A stretch of DNA of 64,000 nucleotides from an uncultured virus (IMG/VR IMGVR_UViG_3300003690_003362) (IMGVR_UViG_3300003690_003362); one strand, 5' to 3'; counted from the first letter of the stretch, positions 48,859 to 58,553 are shown. Numbers and translations: made by a program. Notes: generated by a model not told the origin, from the sequence alone.

Positions 48859-50373
48859 TTATCCTTTTAGCAACCATAAGTGTTCTTTATATACTTTTTC
48901 TGCTTCAGTTCTTTTAATGTCTAAATCGTGTGCTTTTGAACGATTAATCATTCCAGGCACTGATGTGTTTAAAATTGAATTACTCTTTAAGCCGATTGCA
49001 CAAGCTATAACTAAATCATCATTATATCCTCTTTGTGCTTCTGGTCGACCATTATTCCAAACAAAAATATCTAATTCTGCTCTTAATCTAGAAGAATAAA
49101 TGGTTAATATTTTATTTCTTATAAATTCTTCAAATTTTGCTACTAAGAGAGGTCTTGTTTTCAAAGAAGTGGTAAACCCTGCAACAGTTCCTGTTCGGTT
49201 TTCTGCCGTTAATTGATCAACATACTCATGAGTGGATTTTACAGAATGATATATATTAGGATATTCTCTTTCTTTTAATTTATCAAGTACTGCATATCCA
49301 ACAGTATTATTTTCAACCACCATCATACAATCGCCATATTCTTTTCCGGCGCTAAGCAATACTTCTGAAAACATATCGGGCGCAACTTTCCCTTGATATT
49401 CTGCGATGATTTCCATTGTTTCTAATTTAAATATATGAAAAACAGAGTAATCCGCGCCGTCACCTCTTGCAACATCTGCGGAAAGCAAATACTTGTTTTC
49501 TGGTTTATATTCCTCCCAGATCCAAAAGTTCCTATCGAAACCAGTTCTATACTTTGGAGGTTTAACTTGTTTATCTATTCTTAAAATATCATCAGAGTGA
49601 ATTACAGTTTCTCCAGATGCATTGAAATTACATTTTAACTCTTGAGCAATTTGACGACGGGACATATTTTTAGTTTCTTTTTCAAACCAAGAGAGGTCGC
49701 GGTCGGGATGCACATCCCACATTAATTTAATAGGATGAAAGTTGCTTTTTTCAGCTACAGCGTCAACATATGTTTTATGAAACCAATTTCCGACACCATT
49801 AGGAGTAGAAAGCGAAATACACCGACCACCTGTTGATAATGTCGGATACAAACCAGTCCATAAATCTTCTAGCCCCTCAACGTGAGCGGCTTCATCAATA
49901 ACCAACAATGAAAGCGCTTCAGAACGACCAGCATCTGCAGAAGTTGAAGATGCTTTAATTTGAGATCCGTTATTTAGTTCAAAAGAACTTCTATTGTTTA
50001 CTTCGACTTTGGCGATTTGAAGCCACTCTGGTACATATTTAAGCATATGTTTGACTTTTTTAACAAGATTTGCTGCTGTAGTATATTTGGTGGCCATGAC
50101 AAGAACGTTTTTATCACGGTGAAACAACATCATCCAAACGATATAAGCAGCCGTAATCGTGGATATTCCCAACTGTCTTGCTTTTAAAATTACAGTAAAT
50201 CTATGATCATTAAAGGCATCAATCAAATCGTCTTGATAATTATAGGTCTTAAAGGGAATTAAACCTTCTATTGGATGTGCAATGCGTGCGTAATTATTAA
50301 TAAAATAGGACGGATCTCTCCCGCATTTTATTATTTCCTTTTTTATTTCTTGCTTGGTCAGCTTATATCCCAA
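48859..50373 (-). CDS. Terminase large subunit (gp17-like)
   Basis: LKARQLGIST Walker A, LLVIDEAA Walker B, STPNG, ADVARGDGADYS, VENN, NDDLV. Confidence 0.95.
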   Translation of the reverse strand: MGYKLTKQEIKKEIIKCGRDPSYFINNYARIAHPIEGLIPFKTYNYQDDLIDAFNDHRFTVILKARQLGISTITAAYIVWMMLFHRDKNVLVMATKYTTAANLVKKVKHMLKYVPEWLQIAKVEVNNRSSFELNNGSQIKASSTSADAGRSEALSLLVIDEAAHVEGLEDLWTGLYPTLSTGGRCISLSTPNGVGNWFHKTYVDAVAEKSNFHPIKLMWDVHPDRDLSWFEKETKNMSRRQIAQELKCNFNASGETVIHSDDILRIDKQVKPPKYRTGFDRNFWIWEEYKPENKYLLSADVARGDGADYSVFHIFKLETMEIIAEYQGKVAPDMFSEVLLSAGKEYGDCMMVVENNTVGYAVLDKLKEREYPNIYHSVKSTHEYVDQLTAENRTGTVAGFTTSLKTRPLLVAKFEEFIRNKILTIYSSRLRAELDIFVWNNGRPEAQRGYNDDLVIACAIGLKSNSILNTSVPGMINRSKAHDLDIKRTEAEKVYKEHLWLLKG

Positions 50374-50388
50374 TTTAAAAACCCCTAC

Positions 50389-50937
50389 TTAAGACTTGAC
50401 ATTTTGTGGTTTTTTGGCTTTGTCCCTGCCTAAGCTTAACCACTTTTTAATCGCAGGCCGTATACGATCTTCTGTGTCTTCTCCACTTGGCATTTCGGGC
50501 TCAGCTTTAATTCCGCCAATTGTAAAAGTTTGGTTAGCTTGAATCCAATTTCTTTTTCTAGAAATCGATTGAGCGTGAATTTTTGGTTCGCCGTCAGAAG
50601 TTAACGAAAGACTATTTCCTGTAATTTTCTTATATTCTTTTTTAAGATATTTAACTATATCATTTAAAGCATTCCTAACCTCGTCTTCAAAACCATTATT
50701 GTGAAATGCTTTCATTGTTATTTCAGATTGATAAGATAAGTGTAATCTATTATAACTGTCAACTCTTACGCTAAAACCATCCATAACTCGTGAGTCAATA
50801 ATGCAATCGCCCTCTTCTCTTTTTAGACCAGCTTTGCGTTCTTCACCATCAGATGAATATCTCTTATCCTGCGCACCATCATAAGCATTTGCTGCTGCTT
50901 GATGGATTCCTTGAATTATTTCATACACTGTAGCCAT
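50389..50937 (-). CDS. Hypothetical protein
   Basis: 182-aa ORF with AAGGAG RBS. Confidence 0.6.
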   Translation of the reverse strand: MATVYEIIQGIHQAAANAYDGAQDKRYSSDGEERKAGLKREEGDCIIDSRVMDGFSVRVDSYNRLHLSYQSEITMKAFHNNGFEDEVRNALNDIVKYLKKEYKKITGNSLSLTSDGEPKIHAQSISRKRNWIQANQTFTIGGIKAEPEMPSGEDTEDRIRPAIKKWLSLGRDKAKKPQNVKS

Positions 50938-50952
50938 TTATATAATCTCCTT

Positions 50953-51216
50953 TTAGTCTCTTTCAACTCGTTCTAAGCCTCGCGCTGCGGTTTTTCCGAC
51001 CTCAACGGAAGAAGCTTGTTCTTCTAATTCATCTTCTTCTCCAAAAAGAATTTCGCGGTCATCATCATCTTTCTTACCCTTCTTTTTCTTTGACCTTGGA
51101 CAACCACACTCATCGTCGTGTGTATGTTCTTTCTTTTCATCAAGTTCCTCTTTATCAACAGTTTCCTCAAGAAAATATCTTGGATCTATTCTTCTTTTGT
51201 TTTTAGTTGGGCGCAT
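50953..51216 (-). CDS. Small charged hypothetical protein
   Basis: Likely start MRPTKNKRRIDPRYFLEE after AGGAG. Confidence 0.5.
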   Translation of the reverse strand: MRPTKNKRRIDPRYFLEETVDKEELDEKKEHTHDDECGCPRSKKKKGKKDDDDREILFGEEDELEEQASSVEVGKTAARGLERVERD

Positions 51217-51611
51217 AAGGCTTCTCCTATATTGTTTGCCGGTCTCCAGCCGCTTAACCATCGCTCTTCTCGTCCGTCGACCCACTGAATATAACACAAA
51301 TAACAACATTTGTACTTATTAATATATAGGTCGTCTCGAACCTTAAAAGAGTATATCCCACAAACAGGACATTTTCTTTTGTTTTTCTTAGTAATTAGAT
51401 TCTTAGAAAGAAAAAAGCCGTCTTTCTCTACTTTCTCAACTTCGTTTTGTTGAGCTTCTTTGTGTTTATAAAATTCTTTGAGATCTTCCAGATATTCTTG
51501 TTCTTTTTCATCAGTCCATGTGTTTTTTGGATTGACGATAGCTTCATGACCATATTTTTTTTTAATTGCTTTTTCTAAACGAGCAATATAATTCCAATCT
51601 TTTTCTGTCAT
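51186..51611 (-). CDS. Hypothetical Zn-finger protein
   Basis: CPVC..CCYLC, GREERWLSGWRP. Confidence 0.6.
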   Translation of the reverse strand: MTEKDWNYIARLEKAIKKKYGHEAIVNPKNTWTDEKEQEYLEDLKEFYKHKEAQQNEVEKVEKDGFFLSKNLITKKNKRKCPVCGIYSFKVRDDLYINKYKCCYLCYIQWVDGREERWLSGWRPANNIGEALCAQLKTKEE

Positions 51612-51612
51612 T

Positions 51613-52044
51613 TTACATATTTTTAACGCCGTAAACTACTGCCAAAGTTAATCCGATCCCCATAACAATTCCACCAGTTGCCCACCAAACTGAATAATCA
51701 TTGTTGTTGCTGGCAATTTCACTTAATCTTTCAATCTCAGTGTTTTTAATAGAAATGATGGAAGTATATCTTTTTTCCACAGATTCCATACTAACTCTTG
51801 TTGACTCCAAAAGTAAATTAACTCTAGCGATTTCTCTTTCTACTTCATAAGTAATTCTTAATCTGCACTCTTCATTAGAATAGTTTTTTTCTGTAAAGTC
51901 GCCTTCTTGTATTCCCATAATTCTAGGTCTTAATACCGTGGGAGGGGGATCACTAATTTCTGATTCAGATTCTGGTGGGTTTGCAAACACAGTCATTGGA
52001 AATATTAGTGTTAAACATAATATAATTGCAGTTACTTTTTTCAT
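51613..52044 (-). CDS. Exported coiled-coil protein with C-terminal TM (possible spanin partner)
   Basis: Signal peptide, coiled coil, C-terminal hydrophobic helix. Confidence 0.45.
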   Translation of the reverse strand: MKKVTAIILCLTLIFPMTVFANPPESESEISDPPPTVLRPRIMGIQEGDFTEKNYSNEECRLRITYEVEREIARVNLLLESTRVSMESVEKRYTSIISIKNTEIERLSEIASNNNDYSVWWATGGIVMGIGLTLAVVYGVKNM

Positions 52045-52223
52045 TCTTTCTCCAAAACTTTATAATACATAAACCAACAATAAACACCAACTGCAAAATT
52101 TAAAACAGCATTGGGGTAATTTTCTAATATTAAACTATTCATTAAGAATATTGTGTTTAAAGTAATTAGAACGGCCCAAAAAGCTTTAAGATAGTTTAGG
52201 TTATTCGACATAATCAAAACCAA
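52041..52223 (-). CDS. Small 2-TM membrane protein
   Basis: Two hydrophobic helices. Confidence 0.45.
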   Translation of the reverse strand: MVLIMSNNLNYLKAFWAVLITLNTIFLMNSLILENYPNAVLNFAVGVYCWFMYYKVLEKE

Positions 52224-52602
52224 ACTCTTCAGCTATCATTTCAGCTAAGGCGTCAGGTTCATTATAATACTTTTTAACGAGTTCTTTAACAGATTTTCTC
52301 TTTTTATTATCTAACTCTTCGTTCTTTTTTTCAAATTCTTCTTCTATCTTCTTAATTGTTTCATCATATTTTCTAAGAATCTCGTCTCTTTTTTGTATTT
52401 CTTCTTTATGAGCTTTGTTAATTGCGTTGATTTGTTCTTCGTAACTTTCACTGCGAATTTCTAAAACTCTTTTAGCTTCACTGCCCTTTCTAAAAAGAAG
52501 CCACAGTACCAAAGTATATACAACAACAAGTGGCACATACCAATTGTGTTTAAGCCAAGTCCATGTTTTTTTTAATATTTTTTTAGTCGCAAGCCATGTC
52601 AT
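52201..52602 (-). CDS. N-anchored coiled-coil protein (i-spanin-like)
   Basis: Single N-terminal TM then charged coiled coil. Confidence 0.5.
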   Translation of the reverse strand: MTWLATKKILKKTWTWLKHNWYVPLVVVYTLVLWLLFRKGSEAKRVLEIRSESYEEQINAINKAHKEEIQKRDEILRKYDETIKKIEEEFEKKNEELDNKKRKSVKELVKKYYNEPDALAEMIAEEFGFDYVE

Positions 52603-53443
52603 GGTCTTTTAAAAGCTGTTCTAGTTCTTCTTGTATAATTTGGTTAAGTTTGGATTCTTCTAGTTTTGCGAGATCAAATCCCACTCCAGCAGAAGTTTTA
52701 CCAGTAGCGGGATTATAAGTGCCTTGTATTGAGGCTGGGCCATAAGAAAGTCTACCAGTTAGCCCTTGTCCTTGGCCGCGTTGTTGATATTTAATGTCTG
52801 CACCAACGCCAGAGCCACCAATATCTCGTTGGGTGCCACCAAGAGAAGCTCCTTGCCGAGTATTATAACCTGTATTAATATCCCAATTTTCGCCGCCGAC
52901 TTGGGCGCCAACATTAAAATCTGGATTGGCCGAGGAACGGCGAACTCCTCCCTTCAAGCCATAATGAAGACCTTGATCGCCCTGTGGACGATACATTACT
53001 GATCCTCTTACTCCCGTTGGTTGGTGGTACGAGCCGCCGCCCTTCGCGAAGTCAACTTGACCGGCGGCATCGATATTTTTACTTCGATGGGTAACGCCGA
53101 TATTTCCCCTTTGGTTGCCAGTATTAAGATTTGCTTGCACGGCGTGCTGACGATCCAACTGGTGTTGGACATTAAATTGAGCTTCTCCGGGACGTCGCAA
53201 ATTAACTCGGCTGCGCGCAGAAGTGCTTCCACGGCGTATATTGGCACCAGCCACTGGGTTTCGTGATGTATCAATCCCAATATCTCCTCCTACAGTTGTC
53301 CCGCCACTAGTAGTTTGAGTGCCAACTTGTATTACATTTCTATTTTGAGCAGCTTGTTGCCCTTGCTGACCATAACCCTGTTCGATCAAAGCTTCTAGCT
53401 CTTCTTGTATAATTTGGTTTAATCTATTCTTACTAATCTTCAT
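52583..53443 (-). CDS. Gly-rich beta-strand protein flanked by two IIQEELE tags
   Basis: Start MKISKNRLNQIIQEELE; ends SAGVGFDLAKLEESKLNQIIQEELEQLL. Confidence 0.65.
   Translation of the reverse strand: MKISKNRLNQIIQEELEALIEQGYGQQGQQAAQNRNVIQVGTQTTSGGTTVGGDIGIDTSRNPVAGANIRRGSTSARSRVNLRRPGEAQFNVQHQLDRQHAVQANLNTGNQRGNIGVTHRSKNIDAAGQVDFAKGGGSYHQPTGVRGSVMYRPQGDQGLHYGLKGGVRRSSANPDFNVGAQVGGENWDINTGYNTRQGASLGGTQRDIGGSGVGADIKYQQRGQGQGLTGRLSYGPASIQGTYNPATGKTSAGVGFDLAKLEESKLNQIIQEELEQLLKDHDMACD
52619..53419. repeat. 27-bp direct repeat pair (52619-52645 and 53393-53419), 26/27 identical
   Basis: ttctag(t/c)tcttcttgtataatttggtt, encoding NQIIQEELE on the minus strand. Confidence 0.85.
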
Positions 53444-53687
53444 CATCTTCAACTGGTTCCATCCCAAACATTTCACCTATTTTAGTAAGATACCATTTCA
53501 ATTCATCTGGATCTTCTGATTCGTCGACGACTTCTTCTAGAATATCTAAAGCCTGTGCTACGTCTTCTTTCACCTCCTCAGACGTTGCAGCTTGTTCGTT
53601 TCTAACCTCTTTTCTTTTTTCACGCAAAGGGGCTTTTTGTATTTCTTTATTGATTAATTCTCTAAGTGCATCAAGTGTAATATTCAT
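53433..53687 (-). CDS. Small acidic protein with N-terminal tag
   Basis: Likely start MNITLDALRELINKEI. Confidence 0.55.
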   Translation of the reverse strand: MNITLDALRELINKEIQKAPLREKRKEVRNEQAATSEEVKEDVAQALDILEEVVDESEDPDELKWYLTKIGEMFGMEPVEDDED

Positions 53688-53721
53688 AGTGTTGGTTCCT
53701 GTATTGTTTTCATTAAATTCA

Positions 53722-54063
53722 TTAAAGACCTTTCTTACCGGCTTCATATCCAACACCAAAAGCTTCATCGCCACCTAATTCTCCAACATCGCCAGTAAAT
53801 GAGAATTCATCTTCCTCCTCTCCTCCGGACATTTCGGTAAGATATTTTGCTGCATCTGGATATTTATCCTCTAGAAGTTCAACAGCTTTGTTCCAAGCAT
53901 AGCCAAAAGCAGCGGACGGACTCATATCACACAAATCTACTGGTTCTTGTTCTTCTTGTTCTTCTTCTTCTTGTTCTTCTTCTTCTTCTTCTGGTTCTGG
54001 CTCAATTATATCTTCTAGTTCTTCTATAATAAGCTGTCTTAGTTGTAACTTAGTTAATTTCAT
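53722..54063 (-). CDS. Acidic protein with N-terminal tag
   Basis: MKLTKLQLRQLIIEELEDIIE then Glu-rich tract. Confidence 0.65.
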   Translation of the reverse strand: MKLTKLQLRQLIIEELEDIIEPEPEEEEEEQEEEEQEEQEPVDLCDMSPSAAFGYAWNKAVELLEDKYPDAAKYLTEMSGGEEEDEFSFTGDVGELGGDEAFGVGYEAGKKGL

Positions 54064-54251
54064 TTACCGTGCCTCCATCTAGTTGCAATATCTGCTAGAC
54101 CTTCTAAACCAATGTAAGCCAATGAAATTGCTACCCAATTTTCAGAAGTTAAAGGAACAATATCCATTAACATAAAACTAGTTGCAGTCAACCAAACCAT
54201 TAATTTTCTTGACATTAGTTTATTTAAAACTTTATCTAAAGCATATCTCAT
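54060..54251 (-). CDS. Putative holin
   Basis: 63 aa, SRKLMVW followed by two TM helices, YIG..GLADI. Confidence 0.5.
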   Translation of the reverse strand: MRYALDKVLNKLMSRKLMVWLTATSFMLMDIVPLTSENWVAISLAYIGLEGLADIATRWRHGK

Positions 54252-54267
54252 AATATATTCTCTCCAA

Positions 54268-54546
54268 TTATTCTTCGTACCAGTAAGTCGATCCTGAAAT
54301 ATAAGATGCAGGATCGCTTTTGCTAACAAAATAAGGAGTGCCTCTTTGTCTAAAAATTACACTAGGAGTAAACAAAGAAAACGGCGCCTGGTCGACATTT
54401 TTATAAAAATTATCATTTTTATTTTCAAAAGTATGTAATACTTTTTCTTGATCTATCCGTGGCTTTTCTTCATTATCTGTCGAATGTTGGACTGATCCAA
54501 GTGTTACTTTTGCAAAAGGGGCAATAGTTACTTCGGCGCTAGGCAT
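54268..54546 (-). CDS. Hypothetical protein
   Basis: 92-aa ORF, AAGGAG RBS and late-type motif at 54567-54576. Confidence 0.55.
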   Translation of the reverse strand: MPSAEVTIAPFAKVTLGSVQHSTDNEEKPRIDQEKVLHTFENKNDNFYKNVDQAPFSLFTPSVIFRQRGTPYFVSKSDPASYISGSTYWYEE

Positions 54547-54577
54547 CTTTATTTCTCCTTACGAGAATAAATAGTAT

Positions 54578-56812
54578 CTAAGTTTCTAATACGTTTGCAT
54601 AATCACCATTTTTATTTATGGTAATTTGCATATCAACACAGTCCTTTAATGAGTCTAAGTGTGAAATAAGAAACACTGTCTTAAAATAGGATTTTACTAA
54701 TTCTAGTATAGATACAAAACCATCCATGTTTTCAGCATCCAAAGCTGTTCCTGGTTCGTCAAGAATGAAAATATTAGACTTTGGCAAAGAAGAAACTGAT
54801 AATAAAGATAATCTAATTGCCATTGCTGCAATCGTTTTTTCCGCACCAGAGCCCATATCCATTGGTCTAGGTTCGTGCTTTGGATGTTTAATAAAAATCT
54901 TTAAATGCTTACCATCATCTTCAAAAAAGATTTCAAAATTAACAATATTCGCTAACACTTTTGCAATCTCATTGTTGATGACCGGAAGTTTCTTCTTGAT
55001 AATACCATATGAAATACCGCTTGAATGCATACATCTCATAAATAAATCATAAGCTGAATATTCTTCTCTTAAATTTTCCAGTTCTTTTTTCTGGTCCTGT
55101 AGAGAAGTCAATTTTTGTTCTAAAGAGCCATGCAGCTTATATAAATTAAGTATAAATTCTTCACACTTTTTAAGTTCTTCTTGTTTCGAAGATAAACGTT
55201 TGTTGATTTTTTCCAGCTTCTTAATAAACGATCCTTTATTTTCAATAATATCTTTATTTTTGTGATATTCTTCACTTTTATTGTATAAGTCTTCAATTTC
55301 CTTTTCTAAAGATTTATAAGAAATATCATTTTTTTCAGCCACAAGTTTTAAATTGGTAATATTTGTTTCTAAACTAGTTTTTTTGTTAAGCAATTGATAA
55401 TATTTTTCTAAATGTTCATCCATTTTATTTTCTGGATCTAAAATCTCTATTTCTTCGTTAATTTTATCTGCAGTATTGTTTAATTTTTTTACTTTTTTTA
55501 TTAAATCAAACAATTCGTTTGATGCAGTATGCGCATCACAAATAAATTTACAATTGGGATATTCATCTCCACATGGTACTTCTTCTAAAAGTTGCTTCTT
55601 TTTTGTCTTCACTATAAAACTAGTTTCTATTACGCACAGTTCATCACTAATCTTATTTAATAAAGCAATTTTTTCTGTAGTGTTCTCTTTCTTCTTCTGT
55701 AATGTGTTTATATCAAAAGTGTCGATAAATTCATTAATTTTAGTTAAAAATTCTCTATTGTCAAAAAGCTGCTCATTTGTTTCAATAATTTCAACAGTCA
55801 ATTCTGTGCTTTGTATTTCTTTTTCGCTAGTGGCAACTGTAATATCTTGAATATTAATAATTTCAGTCGGAATAGAATCTATGTTATTTTGCACTTCCAA
55901 TACAGAATTACATAAAATAGAAATTTCTCCTTTTATTTCTTCACATGTTTGTGTTTGTTCCTTTGTCTCCGCTTCGTTAAGAATTAATTCCTTTTCTACT
56001 TCAAAAATATCTTGATCAAATTCTTTTCCCTCCAGTCTTTTTAATGCTCCTCTTAAATCAGTTGCATCTTCTTTGGCCATCTTAAATTTCTTTTCAAACA
56101 TTTCAAGATCAAGAAATTTAGCAAGGATCTCTTTTCGTCTGGTCGACCCTTCACTAATAAATTGAAGCGCACCTAGCTGTGAAGACATAGAAGTTAAAAG
56201 AAAATCATCCAATGTTCCAAAGTATTTTCTTACAAATTTATCAGTTTCATTTCTTGTCAAGCCATTAAGACTACAAGTTTCTTCGAGAGCTTCATCATAA
56301 CATTCAAAATTCAAATCCGTTTTTGCTTCTAATGTTTCTTCTCCCTTAAGCTTTTTAATATATTTTTCAGAAGTTCTATGAATGGTGTATTTTTTGTTTC
56401 CTATAGAAATCTTCACTTTTCCCATACAGTGGTTTTTGTTCTGATTAATAATGTTAAGATTTTTTCGTTCGTTTTTACTAGTAGAATTAAAGAGCGTATA
56501 AAGAAGACTATCAACTATACTAGATTTTCCACTAAAATTCTTTCCGAAAATGCCAACGATTCCATTAAATTTATTAAAATTAATTTTATTATCGGGGCCG
56601 TAATTAAATAGATTATCCCATTCAAATGATTCTAATTTCCAATTAACATTTCTTCCTACTTCTTCTTGACTTTCTGCTGCTATATTATATTTGGAATTAA
56701 GTTTTATAACTCGTTTAAGCAGTTCATCCTCTGGTTGGAAATCTTTTAAATACTCTTCAATTAATTCTTCTTGTATAACTGGAATCAGATGCCAAACCAT
56801 CTGTAATATCAT
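54578..56812 (-). CDS. sbcC: SbcC/Rad50 (gp46-like) ATPase, probably the 3' part of a fused SbcD-SbcC gene
   Basis: GKNFSGKSS Walker A, coiled coils with C-rich hook region, GSGAEK signature, FILDEP, ISH. Confidence 0.9.
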   Translation of the reverse strand: MILQMVWHLIPVIQEELIEEYLKDFQPEDELLKRVIKLNSKYNIAAESQEEVGRNVNWKLESFEWDNLFNYGPDNKINFNKFNGIVGIFGKNFSGKSSIVDSLLYTLFNSTSKNERKNLNIINQNKNHCMGKVKISIGNKKYTIHRTSEKYIKKLKGEETLEAKTDLNFECYDEALEETCSLNGLTRNETDKFVRKYFGTLDDFLLTSMSSQLGALQFISEGSTRRKEILAKFLDLEMFEKKFKMAKEDATDLRGALKRLEGKEFDQDIFEVEKELILNEAETKEQTQTCEEIKGEISILCNSVLEVQNNIDSIPTEIINIQDITVATSEKEIQSTELTVEIIETNEQLFDNREFLTKINEFIDTFDINTLQKKKENTTEKIALLNKISDELCVIETSFIVKTKKKQLLEEVPCGDEYPNCKFICDAHTASNELFDLIKKVKKLNNTADKINEEIEILDPENKMDEHLEKYYQLLNKKTSLETNITNLKLVAEKNDISYKSLEKEIEDLYNKSEEYHKNKDIIENKGSFIKKLEKINKRLSSKQEELKKCEEFILNLYKLHGSLEQKLTSLQDQKKELENLREEYSAYDLFMRCMHSSGISYGIIKKKLPVINNEIAKVLANIVNFEIFFEDDGKHLKIFIKHPKHEPRPMDMGSGAEKTIAAMAIRLSLLSVSSLPKSNIFILDEPGTALDAENMDGFVSILELVKSYFKTVFLISHLDSLKDCVDMQITINKNGDYANVLET

Positions 56813-57725
56813 CTACGTTTCCTCTTTCTCCTAAAGCGCGATTTAAAAATGTAATGCTTTCGGGTTTAAATCGATGTTTGGCGACTTCAACTGCCTTTTT
56901 CATTGTACTCAAGGGGAGGTTGTTGTTTGAAACTAAACGTAATCTTGCGCCCGCTGGAGCCTTAAATTTATTGGGGAGTCGACCCTTCGGCGTCAGTTCA
57001 ATGGTTATAAAAGGTTTTGGGTTTTTAAGAACAACGTGTTTAACATCCCAATCTTGACGATCTCTAATGTCCCAGATTAGAAATCCTTTGTCATTTGTTT
57101 CTCCATGGTTCTGTTGTACTGTGGAGCCAGGATATCTAATTCTTCCTTTAAAATCTAATGCTTGGTTTGTTTTGTGAATATCTCCAAGAAACGCAAAATC
57201 AAATCCTTTAAAAATAGAGAGATTGTCTTCACCATATTCCATGACCCAGCCAAGATCAGTTTTACTATTTGATATGGAGCCGTGATAAAGTGCAATATTA
57301 ATTTTATCAGCATCACTAATATCAACCCAATTATCACGATCAAACACTGATAACACATTAATAGTAAATTCATCATCTAATTTTGTTTCTCCAGAGCTTT
57401 TTAACAAATGAAGGTTTTCATGTTTCAAAGCATTAACAATAGGAGTTAAAGCATCTTGGCGGCTGGAATTTTTAAGGTTGCCGTCGTGATTTCCAAGAAT
57501 TATATAAGTAGGCGCAATCTCGGCTAGTGACTCAAAAAAATTCGAACACATTTCGACAAATTCTGGAGAGATTTGTGTTTTAGTATGTGCTATATCTCCA
57601 CAATGAATAATATAATCGACTTTTTCTTCACAAAGTTTTTCATATAATTGCTTAAAAACTTCTTTATATTCACTATGATATTTAAGATTTTTAATGTGCG
57701 TGTCTGCAATATGTGCAAATTTCAT
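56757..57725 (-). CDS. sbcD: SbcD/Mre11 (gp47-like) nuclease
   Basis: ADTH, GDIAH, GNHD, LGDIH, YPGS..Q..GE..KGF. Confidence 0.9.
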   Translation of the reverse strand: MKFAHIADTHIKNLKYHSEYKEVFKQLYEKLCEEKVDYIIHCGDIAHTKTQISPEFVEMCSNFFESLAEIAPTYIILGNHDGNLKNSSRQDALTPIVNALKHENLHLLKSSGETKLDDEFTINVLSVFDRDNWVDISDADKINIALYHGSISNSKTDLGWVMEYGEDNLSIFKGFDFAFLGDIHKTNQALDFKGRIRYPGSTVQQNHGETNDKGFLIWDIRDRQDWDVKHVVLKNPKPFITIELTPKGRLPNKFKAPAGARLRLVSNNNLPLSTMKKAVEVAKHRFKPESITFLNRALGERGNVDDITDGLASDSSYTRRIN

Positions 57726-57976
57726 TTTTTACCTTTGTAACCCATACAATGCTTCCAAAGTCCCATTCTAATAAATTGTAATGTTTCAGCGAGACTGGCT
57801 TTTTGTAGTGCAACAAAAGTATCATTCCAACGTATGTGTACGTCGTAATCGTTTAATTGCTTGTTTTTAACTACACTAAGAATATAGCCGGTGATAGTCC
57901 TTTTGAGAGTATCATCCCAACAAAATAGAATATCACCGACTTCAAGGGCAGGGGGTTTCTTTTTAATATAAAACAT
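57722..57976 (-). CDS. Hypothetical SH3-like small protein
   Basis: 84 aa, VGD..G.I..V.W pattern; TTGACA-17-TAGTAT promoter at 57984-58012. Confidence 0.45.
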   Translation of the reverse strand: MFYIKKKPPALEVGDILFCWDDTLKRTITGYILSVVKNKQLNDYDVHIRWNDTFVALQKASLAETLQFIRMGLWKHCMGYKGKK

Positions 57977-58020
57977 ATGTTATATACTATCAACTACTAT
58001 AACACGTGTCAACATAAAAA

Positions 58021-58455
58021 TTAACTAATTTCGATTCTTAATGGTCGTACCTCTGGTCGAATAGGAATCACAACAGAAAGAAGCCCATTTTCAAACTCTG
58101 CTGAAACCGATGAAAGATCAAGATTGTTATCAATATTTACATAAGTTTTTTCAAAGCTTCGACGAGCAATTCGACGATTAGAATCTTCTTCATTAGATTT
58201 AGATTCTGCTCGAACTGTAATACTTCGTTTTTCTGGTTTGACGTCAATCGAAAGATCTTCTTTCAAAAACCCAGCCAAAGCAAATTCCATTACGGTTTCT
58301 CCCTTGTCATTTTGATAAATGTCCGAAACAGGATAACCACGAGTAGACTTTTGCATCAACTGAGGAAAGTCGTCAAGTATGTGACTAAAAACGTCATCAA
58401 AGACGTTGCGACCCAAAAGACTTGGGCGGTGTAGTGTAATTGCTGTATTTGTCAT
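58021..58455 (-). CDS. Small heat-shock protein (Hsp20/IbpA-like)
   Basis: YPVSDI, EFALAGF, IARRSF, AEFENGLLSV. Confidence 0.9.
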   Translation of the reverse strand: MTNTAITLHRPSLLGRNVFDDVFSHILDDFPQLMQKSTRGYPVSDIYQNDKGETVMEFALAGFLKEDLSIDVKPEKRSITVRAESKSNEEDSNRRIARRSFEKTYVNIDNNLDLSSVSAEFENGLLSVVIPIRPEVRPLRIEIS

Positions 58456-58463
58456 AATAATTT

Positions 58464-58516
58464 CTCCTTTTAATAAGCAAGTTTAATGGTTAAATGTCCC
58501 GAAGCGACACTTAACC
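58464..58516 (-). promoter_or_regulatory. ROSE-like RNA thermometer in Hsp20 5' UTR
   Basis: 5' hairpin GGTTAAGTGTC/GACATTTAACC and CTTGCT able to pair with the AGGAG SD. Confidence 0.55.
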
Positions 58517-58553
58517 TATGTATTAATATAGCACAAATAATATTTTTGTCAAG

